This document shows positions 6,616-14,327 of a DNA stretch of 14,327 bases, piece after piece. The stretch is from a virus. Taxonomy: Duplodnaviria > Heunggongvirae > Uroviricota > Caudoviricetes. Numbering within the stretch: position 1 is the first letter of the stretch; each line of letters begins with the position of its first letter. The position numbers and the translations under genes are program-made. Under the pieces are notes generated by a model. That model searched no databases. It was not told the DNA's origin and saw only the letters and a program-made list of their open reading frames with translations. The stretch is from the IMG/VR virus record IMGVR_UViG_2690316148_000011; one strand, 5' to 3'.

Positions 6616-6657
6616 AAATAGCATCACTATTTACTTTTAAAAATAACAGTGCTATTA
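6616..6657. promoter_or_regulatory. OR-like region: two operator-like palindromes (6616-6632; inverted degenerate copy 6641-6657) between the divergent repressor and Cro-like genes
   Basis: AAATAGCATCACTATTT (perfect 6-bp arms) and, on the other strand, AATAGCACTGTTATTTT; centres 25 bp apart, the same spacing as the OL-like pair. Promoter hexamers are only weakly recognisable (for example TTTACT ... ATTAAT). Confidence 0.5.
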
Positions 6658-6692
6658 ATTATGCATTGGTAACACATCACATAGGGCGGATT

Positions 6693-6956
6693 ATGAATCT
6701 TGGAGAATATTTGCATCATTTTCATATAACCCAGAGTTCATTTGCTGAGATTGTTGGCGCATCCCAAGGGATGGTCAGCCACGTTATAACGGGGCGTGCA
6801 AAACTTACAGGAGAAAAAATATTACGTTGGTGTGAAGCAACGGGATGGGTGGTGACCCCACATGAGATTGACAGTAAAACCTACCCCAACCCAACTGACG
6901 GCTTGCCTGCTGAGTTTCAGGCTAACACACAACCATCGGCGGGGGTTGATTCATGA
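6693..6956 (+). CDS. Cro-like HTH regulator (YdaS family)
   Basis: 87-aa protein with HTH (SQGMVSHVITGRAKLTGEKILRW); ATG at 6693 with AGGG RBS; divergent from the repressor; overlaps the next gene (ATGA). Confidence 0.7.
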   Translation: MNLGEYLHHFHITQSSFAEIVGASQGMVSHVITGRAKLTGEKILRWCEATGWVVTPHEIDSKTYPNPTDGLPAEFQANTQPSAGVDS

Positions 6957-7378
6957 AAATCAAGCATGAACACATCCGCATGGCGATGAAAGCCTGGGCG
7001 CATCCGGACGGTGAAAAAGTTCCGGCAGCTGAAATAACCAGGGTTTATTTCGAACTGGGAATGACGTTTCCGGTTCTGCATAACGACAGCAAGCACAACA
7101 CGCTTTATCTCAACACCCAAAAGATTTTCCGTTGGCTGGATAAAGACACCCCTGACGCTGTTGAAAAAATTCAGGCGTTGTTACCTGCGATCGAAAGGGC
7201 AATGCCACCTCCGCTGGTGGCTCGAATGCGCAGCCACAGTTCAGCTTATTTTCGGGAACTGGTGGAGACGCATGAACGACTGGTGAGAGACGCTGATGAT
7301 TTTGTCGCAGTGGCAATCGCCGGTTTCAATCAGATGAACCGTGGTGGCCCGGCAGGAAATGCTGTGGCAGTACATTGA
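6953..7378 (+). CDS. YdaT-like protein (Rac-type early-region protein, reported as toxic in Rac)
   Basis: 141 aa, N-terminus MKIKHEHI...; position directly downstream of the Cro/YdaS-like gene matches the Rac racR-ydaS-ydaT arrangement. Family assignment is from memory of that locus. Confidence 0.55.
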   Translation: MKIKHEHIRMAMKAWAHPDGEKVPAAEITRVYFELGMTFPVLHNDSKHNTLYLNTQKIFRWLDKDTPDAVEKIQALLPAIERAMPPPLVARMRSHSSAYFRELVETHERLVRDADDFVAVAIAGFNQMNRGGPAGNAVAVH

Positions 7379-7449
7379 CTGACAATAGCCATATCGAATC
7401 GCTCCCGGCAACTCGTGAGTAAAAAGATTCGGTATCAGAAGAGGTGAGT

Positions 7450-8514
7450 ATGGCTAACGCCTGGCTCAGATTATGGCATGACATGCCAAATGACCCTAAG
7501 TGGCGAACAATTGCCAGGGTGTCAGGGCAGCCAATTGCAACAGTGATGGCAGTGTATATCCACCTCCTGGTGAGCGCGTCACGAAATGTCACGCGAGGTC
7601 ACATTGATGTCACGACAGAAGATTTGGCAAGTGCGCTCGACGTGACAGAAGAGGTAATTGATTCAATTTTGCAGACGATGCAGGGGCGGGTACTTGATGG
7701 TGATTTAATCACTGGATGGGAAAAACGCCAGGTGCTTAAAGAGGACAACGGCAATATTTCGCAAACCGCAAAATCTCCTGCAGAGCGCAAGAGGGCGCAG
7801 CGAGAGAGGGAAAGAAAGCGGGAACAAAATGGCGATTGTCACGGCGCGTCACGAAATGTCACGCACATGTCACGACGAGTCACGACAGATACAGATAAAG
7901 ATACAGATAAAGAAGATCAAAACACTATGGTCCATGGCGTAAAAAACGCCACGAACCAGGCAGGGGATGTTCAGACCGTCAATCCTGGTCAGCCAGCAGG
8001 CTCGACACCGGAAGCCGATTCAGCGTATGCGCTGAAAGCCGATTCGGGCGCTGTGCAGCAGGTGATGACCGCAAGGCCGGAGCAATCACTCCAACTGCAG
8101 CAGCCTGAAGCCGATTCCGCCATTCAGCGGGAAGCCGATCGGGTAGCCCCGGAAAACACCGGGCAGCCTGTGGGACGAGTGGATTATCCGGATGTGTTCG
8201 AACAGGTCTGGCGGGAATACCCGTTGCGTGCCGGGGCAAACCCGAAGAAATCCGCATTCAGTGCCTGGAAGGCCAGATTGCGCGAGGGGGTGCCACCAGA
8301 GACCATGCTGGATGGTGTGAGGCGTTACGCGAGATACCTGGCGGCGACCGGGAAAGCGGGAACGGAATTTGTTCAGCGAGCGACGACGTTTTTTGGGCCG
8401 GACCGGAATTTTGAAAACCCCTGGTTGCTCCCGGTAAGCGGCACGAACAACCAGCGTTGTGTGAATCATATTTCTGAACCGGATACCGAAATTCCGCCGG
8501 GATTCAGGGGGTGA
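7450..8514 (+). CDS. Phage replication initiation protein (lambda O-like / YdaU-like replisome organiser)
   Basis: ATG at 7450 with AGAGGTGAG RBS; contains two iteron clusters within its coding sequence (as ori-lambda lies within O); C-terminal region YPDVFEQVWREYPLRAGANPKKSAFSAWKARL resembles phage replication-protein C-terminal domains; followed immediately by the DnaC-like gene. Confidence 0.6.
   Translation: MANAWLRLWHDMPNDPKWRTIARVSGQPIATVMAVYIHLLVSASRNVTRGHIDVTTEDLASALDVTEEVIDSILQTMQGRVLDGDLITGWEKRQVLKEDNGNISQTAKSPAERKRAQRERERKREQNGDCHGASRNVTHMSRRVTTDTDKDTDKEDQNTMVHGVKNATNQAGDVQTVNPGQPAGSTPEADSAYALKADSGAVQQVMTARPEQSLQLQQPEADSAIQREADRVAPENTGQPVGRVDYPDVFEQVWREYPLRAGANPKKSAFSAWKARLREGVPPETMLDGVRRYARYLAATGKAGTEFVQRATTFFGPDRNFENPWLLPVSGTNNQRCVNHISEPDTEIPPGFRG
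7578..7614. repeat. Iteron cluster A: four GTCAC(G/A) repeats phased at 10-11 bp
   Basis: GTCACG at 7578, 7588, 7609 and GTCACA at 7598. Confidence 0.6.
7838..7912. repeat. Iteron cluster B: five GTCACG repeats phased at 10-11 bp, followed by a tandem ATACAGATAAAG x2; candidate replication origin
   Basis: GTCACG at 7838, 7848, 7858, 7869, 7879. The 19-mer gcgtcacgaaatgtcacgc is shared exactly with cluster A. Tandem 12-mer at 7889-7912. Confidence 0.6.
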
Positions 8515-8520
8515 TGTGGC

Positions 8521-9267
8521 ATGAAAAACATTGCGGCAGCCGGGGTTCTTGAACGTATTCACAGACTTGCACCACAGGGGGCGGTTCCACCGTACCGGAC
8601 GGTGGAGGAGTGGCGGGAATGGCAACTTGCTGAAGGACGAAAACGCAGCGAGGAGATTAACCGCCAGAATCGCCAGTTGCGGGTGGAAAAAATCCTGAAT
8701 CGTTCGGGCATCCAGCCTCTGCACAGCAAATGCTCGTTTGCGAATTATCAGGTGCAGAACGACGGGCAAAAATACGCGCTGAGCCAGGCCAAATCCATAG
8801 CTGACGAACTGATGACCGGGTGCACGAATTTTGTGTTCAGCGGTAAAACCGGCACCGGGAAAAATCACCTTGCAGCGGCGATGGGTAACTGGCTGATGGC
8901 GAAGGGGCGCAGCGTGATTATCGTCACCGTGTCTGATGTCATGAGCGTGTTGCATGACAGCTACGACAACGGCAAATCCGGTGAAAAATTTTTACAGGAG
9001 CTTTGCGGGGTTGATTTGCTGGTCCTGGATGAAATAGGCATTCAGCGGGAGACGAAAAACGAGCAGGTGGTATTGCACCAGATAATTGATCGCCGGACAG
9101 CATCACTGTGCAGTGTCGGGATGTTAACAAACCTGAATCATGCCGCAATGAGCACGCTTCTTGGTGAGAGGATTATGGACCGCATGACCATGAACGGTTG
9201 TCGGTGGGTGACGTTTAACTGGGATAGCTGGCGTTCAAATGTCAGCTTTCCGGGAGTTGTGAAGTAA
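8521..9267 (+). CDS. DnaC-like replicative helicase loader (IstB-like AAA+ ATPase; YdaV-like)
   Basis: Walker A GKTGTGKNHLAAAM and Walker B LLVLDEIG; 248 aa; positioned directly after the O-like gene. Confidence 0.85.
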   Translation: MKNIAAAGVLERIHRLAPQGAVPPYRTVEEWREWQLAEGRKRSEEINRQNRQLRVEKILNRSGIQPLHSKCSFANYQVQNDGQKYALSQAKSIADELMTGCTNFVFSGKTGTGKNHLAAAMGNWLMAKGRSVIIVTVSDVMSVLHDSYDNGKSGEKFLQELCGVDLLVLDEIGIQRETKNEQVVLHQIIDRRTASLCSVGMLTNLNHAAMSTLLGERIMDRMTMNGCRWVTFNWDSWRSNVSFPGVVK

Positions 9268-9288
9268 TTTTTGTTGGAGGATGTTTTA

Positions 9289-10014
9289 ATGGAAACTGTA
9301 TTTGACGCACTGAAAGCACTGAAAAGAGCCTCTTCACATGTGGTGGCGTCCCGCCTTGGAATCAGCCGTGAAGATGCGGTCAACGAACTGTGGAAACTGA
9401 AGCGCCGTGGTGAAGCGGATAACAAGGGTTCGATGTGGTGGCTGATTCAGGCTGGTGAAAGTGAACCAGTGTCACCGGTACCGAAAGTGACAGCGCAAAT
9501 GCTGACTGAGGCGATTGAACAACATGGCCCACAAACGGCGGATGAGCTGGCACTGATGTTCGGGATTACCTCCCGCCGGGCGAATTCATCGCTGGCCATG
9601 GCAATCAGCAAAGGGCGTCTGATTCGCGTGAATCAGGGCGGTAAATTTCGGTACTGCATACCGGGCGCTGATTTACCGGCAGAGCCGAAAGCCGCATCCA
9701 TAGCGGAAACGGATGGTAAAGTCTTTCCTCAGCCAGCAGGTGTTGCGTTACCGGTACAGGAAGCTGCAACACAGGAAGAAATTAAAACAGAAACTGTGGC
9801 GGACATTGTGCAGTCGTTGCCATCGTTCACCGAAACGCAAGCGGATGACCTGGTTTTACCATCGCTGCATATGGCAAACCGCGAACTGCGTCGGGCGAAA
9901 AGTCATGTCCAGAAGTGGGAGCGTGTCTGCGCCGCGTTGCGGGAGCTGAACAAGCACCGGGATATTGTTCGACAGATTGTCGATTCCTCCGGTCGTATTG
10001 TGTCGGAAAAGTGA
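9289..10014 (+). CDS. Hypothetical phage protein (241 aa), possibly with two winged-helix-like segments
   Basis: ATG at 9289 preceded by GGAGGA with 7 nt spacing (the ORF-track start at 9271 is TTG); protein-like composition. No confident family. Confidence 0.55.
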   Translation: METVFDALKALKRASSHVVASRLGISREDAVNELWKLKRRGEADNKGSMWWLIQAGESEPVSPVPKVTAQMLTEAIEQHGPQTADELALMFGITSRRANSSLAMAISKGRLIRVNQGGKFRYCIPGADLPAEPKAASIAETDGKVFPQPAGVALPVQEAATQEEIKTETVADIVQSLPSFTETQADDLVLPSLHMANRELRRAKSHVQKWERVCAALRELNKHRDIVRQIVDSSGRIVSEK

Positions 10015-10029
10015 TTGCCGGGGGCGCTT

Positions 10030-10452
10030 ATGGCAAAAGTATTTACACAGGAAGAGCGGGAAAAAATTAAGGGGCAGGTTGTTGAACTCGTACGCCAGAG
10101 TGGGCGCGAGACGTTACGACAACTGGAAGCTAAAACCGGGGCGACAAGATATTTAATAAGCGTTCTCGCCAGAGAGCTGGTTGCCAGTGGGGATGTATAC
10201 AACTCTGGCTACGGGTTATTCCCGTCTGAACAGGCTCGTAAGGACTGGCAAAACGCCCGCAAAAAACTCTCGAGGGCAAAGCTGAAGAAACCATCTGTGG
10301 TTGATCCGGACCTTATCTGGTCATTACCAGACGGAGAAATACGCCGCTACGACAGACATCAGAACATAATCTGTCGCGAGTGCCGGAAGAGTGAAGTTAT
10401 GCAGCGTGTACCGGCTTTCTATCAGGGTGATTTTCAGGAGGCGGTACTGTGA
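10030..10452 (+). CDS. Hypothetical phage protein (140 aa)
   Basis: ATG at 10030 (the ORF-track start at 10015 is TTG); tightly packed in the rightward operon. No recognisable domain. Confidence 0.5.
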   Translation: MAKVFTQEEREKIKGQVVELVRQSGRETLRQLEAKTGATRYLISVLARELVASGDVYNSGYGLFPSEQARKDWQNARKKLSRAKLKKPSVVDPDLIWSLPDGEIRRYDRHQNIICRECRKSEVMQRVPAFYQGDFQEAVL

Positions 10453-10509
10453 GTGAAATTAGCTATCAGGCTTCAATTACCGCTGGCATTCGCATCAAAG
10501 GAGAGGAGC

Positions 10510-11019
10510 ATGGAAATAAAACCAGAAGATGAGTTAAGCAATATTGTTTTATTTCCGGTAAAAGAGGATAACCCTCGTAATCAGGTTAATTTTCTTTATG
10601 AGCCATCGGAAAGACCATATTGCCATCACGCTTCTGTCCGGGTTGACGAAAAAGAGCGTCAGGTCCGCTGTAAAATNNNNNNNNNNNNNNNNNNNNNNNN
10701 NNNNNNNNNNNNNNNNNNNNNNNNNNNNNNNNNNNNNNNNNNNNNNNNNNNNNNNNNNNNNNNNNNNNNNNNNNNNNNNNNNNNNNNNNNNNNNNNNNNN
10801 NNNNNNNNNNNNNNNNNNNNNNNNNNNNNNNNNNNNNNNNNNNNNNNNNNNTTTGACTGGATGCTCTCTGTGGCGAAAAGAGAAACCAGACTGGCAGATG
10901 ATGTAAGGCTCTTGCGCCAGGAGGAGCGGGAAAGGCGAAAAAATATAGAAAAGCTAATCCAGATTGAGCGTAATGCGAAAGCGCGGATACGCAGGGTGAC
11001 AAAATATAGCCCCGAATAA
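10510..11019 (+). CDS. Hypothetical protein interrupted by an N run; possible Cys/His-containing N-terminal segment
   Basis: ATG at 10510 preceded by AAGGAGAGGAG. The 175-nt N run (10677-10851) is not a multiple of 3, so frame continuity across it is unknown. C-terminal part is charged and coiled-coil-like. Confidence 0.4.
   Translation: MEIKPEDELSNIVLFPVKEDNPRNQVNFLYEPSERPYCHHASVRVDEKERQVRCKXXXXXXXXXXXXXXXXXXXXXXXXXXXXXXXXXXXXXXXXXXXXXXXXXXXXXXXXXXXFDWMLSVAKRETRLADDVRLLRQEERERRKNIEKLIQIERNAKARIRRVTKYSPE
10677..10851. other. Run of 175 N (assembly gap or masked sequence)
   Basis: Literal n characters. Confidence 1.
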
Positions 11020-11158
11020 TCAAGGTTATTTCTGGAAGTCAAGTCGTGAGTGATGAGGACTAACAAATACGGTGAACTCGATAAAGAGATTCAGGACGAA
11101 CTGGAGGCCAGGAATGATTGACAAATCACCAAGTGAGTTCAGCTACAAAGATTTATTG

Positions 11159-11174
11159 TCATAACGGGTTATGA
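11159..11174. promoter_or_regulatory. Perfect 7-bp inverted repeat with 2-bp spacer (TCATAAC-GG-GTTATGA) about 60 bp upstream of the methyltransferase gene; candidate operator
   Basis: Read directly from the sequence; overlaps a weak promoter-like stretch (TTATGA ... TGaTATTCT). The loop is too tight for an RNA hairpin, so a protein-binding site is more likely. Confidence 0.3.
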
Positions 11175-11233
11175 GATCGACTTGGTGCGTGATATTCTTC
11201 GGGCCAGTTTGCTATGCGCCACCATGAGATGTT

Positions 11234-13066
11234 ATGGCCCGCATGTTTGATACATTAGGATTTTACATTATGAATGTGCAACATTTTGATTTTTTTACAG
11301 ATAATGAGTTTTCTAATCTGGAAAGATATCAAACTTGTAAAGCCATGGCCAAAGGTTATGCGGGCAATTACAAAACCGGGCAGTCAAGGTTGATGCATGC
11401 CCGCTCATACTGCTTCAGCATCGTAGCTGCATATTGGGATACCCTTGCAAAAAAGCAAAAAAGCAGCATTAAAATGAGGGCAGTACCGCACACTGTTTAC
11501 ATAGAAGACATTCCATGTGATGCACGCGAGCTCGCTGAACGAACAGGTGAGCTTATTGCTCAATTTCCGGCGGAGGACGCTGGATATCTGATTGGGTCAA
11601 TTTATACGGTAATGCTGCCATCCGCTTACCGTTCGGAATTGGGGGCTTACTATACCCCCCCACCTTTGGTAGCGCGTCTCTTGGACCTGGCTGAAAAGTC
11701 TGGTGTTGATTTTTCTCATGCATCGGTTATTGATCCTGCGTGTGGTGGCGGTGCATTTTTGGCACCAGTAGCCATTCGAATGTTAAAAAAAGACAAGGGG
11801 TCTTCCCCTGAATGGATGTTGAGGAGAATCAGTCGTCGTTTAAAGGGGATAGAAATCGATCCATTTGCGGCTTGGATGAGTTTGGTATTGCTCGAATCTG
11901 TACTAATGCCACTATGTGTAAAGGTAAAACGTAGATTGCCTGAAGATACAATTATTGTTGCTGATGCGCTTCAGCAAGATAAATTTTCTGGTTATGATCT
12001 TGTGGTAGGGAATCCGCCTTACGGACGTGTCACTCTCGATATTAAAACGAGAGAAAAATATTCTCGTTCGTTATTTGGTCATGCAAATCTATATGGATTG
12101 TTCACCGACTTAGCTGTTCGCATGGTTAAAGAGAAAACAGGAGTTATTGCATTTCTTACGCCAACTTCTTTTCTTGGTGGGCAGTATTTCACCGCGCTGC
12201 GAACCCTTTTGACCGAAAAAACTACTCCGTATGCCCTTGATTTCGTCACTGACAGGGATGGGGTCTTTGACGATGTTCTCCAGGAAACAATGTTGACAGC
12301 ATTCAAGGCGGGAGAACATAAAGTTCGGGCCCAGGTATCCTCACTTGTCCCTAAGGGGTTGAACAAAGCAAAAATTGAGAAAATAGGTAATGTTGATATA
12401 GAAAAAGGTGGAGCAACGTGGCTTTTGCCACGCGTTAAAGATGATGCCTGTTTTCTTAATGTATTAAAACAGATGTCTACGCGTTTAGCTGATCTGGGAT
12501 ACTCAGTCTCTACAGGTCAGTTAGTCTGGAATCGATTTAAGTCGCAGTTGCGTACGACGAAAGGAAAAAATAGCTACCCATTAGTCTGGGCGGAATCAAT
12601 AACTTCAGCTGGTTTTCGTTTTAGTGCAGACAGAAAAAATCATGTTCCCTATATCGATATAACCCCACAACAGGGTTTCCTTGTGACAAAATCTGAATGT
12701 GTGCTTGTTCAGCGGACAACATCGAAGGAACAGGACAGAAGGATTTTAGCGGCAATTTTACCTCAGGGATTTATAGATGAAACTGGTGGCGTAGTAGTTG
12801 AAAACCATATTAATATTGTATATTCAAACGGATTGTTCTCTGCGGTTCGCCCTGATGTTATTGATATGCTACTTAATTCGCATGTTGTCGATCGGGCGTT
12901 CAGGTGTATAAGCGGAAGTGTTGCTGTTTCGGCCTATGAATTGAATTCAATCCCGTTGCCTTCTCTGGAGCAGGTGATGGAGATTCAATCGTTAATTGAT
13001 GCTGGCGTCCACAGACGGATTATTGAGAGAACTATCGCTGGTTTCTATGGAGTGATGATTGCATGA
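11234..13066 (+). CDS. N6-adenine DNA methyltransferase, gamma-class (motif I before motif IV), Type II R-M modification subunit
   Basis: Motif X/I YYTPPPLVARLLDLA ... VIDPACGGGAFL followed by motif IV VVGNPPYGRV; long C-terminal region consistent with a target-recognition domain. AT-rich compared with the prophage core. Start uncertain: ATG 11234 (weak SD) or ATG 11269 (AGGA upstream). Confidence 0.85.
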   Translation: MARMFDTLGFYIMNVQHFDFFTDNEFSNLERYQTCKAMAKGYAGNYKTGQSRLMHARSYCFSIVAAYWDTLAKKQKSSIKMRAVPHTVYIEDIPCDARELAERTGELIAQFPAEDAGYLIGSIYTVMLPSAYRSELGAYYTPPPLVARLLDLAEKSGVDFSHASVIDPACGGGAFLAPVAIRMLKKDKGSSPEWMLRRISRRLKGIEIDPFAAWMSLVLLESVLMPLCVKVKRRLPEDTIIVADALQQDKFSGYDLVVGNPPYGRVTLDIKTREKYSRSLFGHANLYGLFTDLAVRMVKEKTGVIAFLTPTSFLGGQYFTALRTLLTEKTTPYALDFVTDRDGVFDDVLQETMLTAFKAGEHKVRAQVSSLVPKGLNKAKIEKIGNVDIEKGGATWLLPRVKDDACFLNVLKQMSTRLADLGYSVSTGQLVWNRFKSQLRTTKGKNSYPLVWAESITSAGFRFSADRKNHVPYIDITPQQGFLVTKSECVLVQRTTSKEQDRRILAAILPQGFIDETGGVVVENHINIVYSNGLFSAVRPDVIDMLLNSHVVDRAFRCISGSVAVSAYELNSIPLPSLEQVMEIQSLIDAGVHRRIIERTIAGFYGVMIA

Positions 13067-14145
13067 ATCTGCCTGTTGTTCCCCCATTGAATGTTATCCG
13101 GGAAAGATTACAATTAATTTTCCCTGAAGGGACTGAGAATCGTGGATATTTAATTCGGGAAATAGCTGCAAAAACAATTTTTGTCATGTTTTATGCTGGT
13201 GCGGTTGAGGGGCTGGGGCGATGGATAAGGCCCAGCCAGGTTGTAAGTATGGGAGATTCGCAGGCTGCTCTTACTGATGATGCGTCCAGAGAAAGCTGGG
13301 TAAAGATGACTTTCTCTAAACAAAAGATAAGGCCTGCTGATGCATGGTATGCGGAAAATACGCGTGAGCCAATACGTGATGAAACTATAAAAAATGGCCT
13401 AATACCTTGCAATGCAATTGTTGAGCGTAAAGGTATACCCACCACATCCTCTCGTCCTCGTTACAGTTTGAATCGCTCTTTTGCAGCACTCTTTGATGCC
13501 GGGCTTGAAGGAGATTCGCTGCTGAGTGCAATAAGTTCCTGGCAAGAAAATCATTTGAACAAAGCCGCTCTTGCTAGGTTGCGTTTATTGAAATCAGGGG
13601 CAGTGATTGCTGCTGATGCCGTAGTCGTCACTTTCCCAAATGGAGAGAAGAGAACTTTAGCTCCGGGCCCGTCAAGTACAATAGCTAAGGCCGTCATCGA
13701 AGTTTTTGCTCCTAATTTTCTTAAGAATCCAACTGTGCTCTGGTTGTCTGAATCCGGGAATAAAGTTGTTGCTCAGGATGATGTATTGGCAAAAGCATTG
13801 GGGCTGAATATTGATGCCTCAAAAGCACTTCCAGATATTATTTTGATTGATTTGGGAGAGGACCGAACGGGTTCGGACATGCTTGTAGTTTTCACTGAAG
13901 TAGTTGCGACAGATGGGCCTATAAACAGGGAACGAAAAGTTACTCTCACTCATTTGGCTATTGACGCTGGGTTCAGCGAGAAAAATCTTGCATTCCTTAC
14001 GGCATTTATGGACAGAAGTGCTCTGCCTTTTAAAAAGGCAATACCAGAATTGGCGTGGGGATCTTATGCATGGTTTGCTTCTGAACCGGAGCACTTAATT
14101 GATCTTCGGGATGGTTATCCGGTAAAGATCAGCCAGAGAAAATGA
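13063..14145 (+). CDS. Putative restriction endonuclease partner of the methyltransferase (possibly BsuBI/PstI-like; unverified)
   Basis: 360-aa ORF whose ATG overlaps the methyltransferase stop (ATGA) with GGAG upstream; same AT-rich composition; size and position typical of a Type II endonuclease. No catalytic motif could be assigned confidently by eye. Confidence 0.5.
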   Translation: MNLPVVPPLNVIRERLQLIFPEGTENRGYLIREIAAKTIFVMFYAGAVEGLGRWIRPSQVVSMGDSQAALTDDASRESWVKMTFSKQKIRPADAWYAENTREPIRDETIKNGLIPCNAIVERKGIPTTSSRPRYSLNRSFAALFDAGLEGDSLLSAISSWQENHLNKAALARLRLLKSGAVIAADAVVVTFPNGEKRTLAPGPSSTIAKAVIEVFAPNFLKNPTVLWLSESGNKVVAQDDVLAKALGLNIDASKALPDIILIDLGEDRTGSDMLVVFTEVVATDGPINRERKVTLTHLAIDAGFSEKNLAFLTAFMDRSALPFKKAIPELAWGSYAWFASEPEHLIDLRDGYPVKISQRK

Positions 14146-14297
14146 CCAAAGTTTGATATCCGCCACGCCCTGAAGGATGGGGGTTTTACGGTGCACTGGA
14201 TAAAAAATCGGTTTCATAGATTTGCCCACCGTGGTATACGCCTGCGATAAAAACTTTATTGTCATCAACGGCAAAAGCAATAATTGTTCTGTGGCGG

Positions 14298-14327
14298 GGT
14301 GATGCTGCCAACTTACTGATTTAGTGT
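14298..14327 (+). mobile_element. IS1: First 30 nt of the IS1 left terminal inverted repeat (element continues beyond the window end)
   Basis: GGTGATGCTGCCAACTTACTGATTTAGTGT matches the canonical IS1 end as I recall it. Confidence 0.75.

Noticed and set aside
7578-7884. Possibility that the repeated peptide motifs in the O-like protein are low-complexity noise or a CRISPR-like array
   Set aside because: The repeats are 6-bp cores at 10-11 bp phasing inside a coding sequence, with no spacer-repeat structure of CRISPR length; they are better explained as origin iterons.
8086-8955. 289-aa minus-strand ORF
   Set aside because: Antisense to the well-supported O-like and DnaC-like genes; R/P/H-rich composition typical of a GC-rich antisense frame.
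12079-12366. Minus-strand ORFs (95 aa and 69 aa) inside the methyltransferase gene
   Set aside because: Antisense to a CDS with clear catalytic motifs.
14095-14280. 61-aa minus-strand ORF between the endonuclease gene and IS1
   Set aside because: No RBS, overlaps the endonuclease 3' end, short; likely spurious.
1-14327. tRNA, rRNA or attachment-site features
   Set aside because: No T-loop/acceptor-like motif or rRNA-like conserved stretch was spotted on manual scan; no integrase gene is present in the window.

Overview
This window reads as the immunity and early-replication core of a lambdoid (Rac-like) prophage from an enterobacterium, bracketed and interrupted by insertion sequences. All functional calls come from reading motifs and family resemblance by eye; no database search was run. 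Left to right: (1) a leftward operon (hypothetical gene split by a 276-nt N run, a 62-aa ORF, a Rha-family antirepressor) that ends against an IS3-family terminus at the window start. (2) A ~430-bp module upstream of Rha that recurs at ~90% identity on the far side of a 5'-truncated IS3-family element; on the minus strand it holds a sigma70-like promoter and an intrinsic terminator about 75 nt apart, i.e. a candidate small RNA or leader. (3) An AT-rich cassette of three small uncharacterised ORFs in the PL position. (4) A leftward repressor / antitoxin / ParE-toxin operon (PaaR2-PaaA2-ParE2-like) flanked by four copies of a 17-bp operator-like palindrome arranged as two pairs. (5) Rightward Cro/YdaS-like, YdaT-like, an O-like replication initiator carrying two phased GTCACG iteron clusters, a DnaC-like helicase loader, and three hypothetical genes (one split by a 175-nt N run). 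(6) An AT-rich Type II restriction-modification candidate (gamma-class N6-adenine methyltransferase overlapping a 360-aa putative endonuclease), ending about 150 bp before the first 30 nt of IS1 at the window edge. No rRNA, tRNA or CRISPR array was seen. Several ORF-track entries begin at GTG/TTG; starts were re-picked to the nearest ATG with a Shine-Dalgarno sequence. The most novel-looking items are the duplicated putative sRNA module and the uncharacterised PL-position cassette; the toxin-antitoxin, replication and R-M modules match known families.
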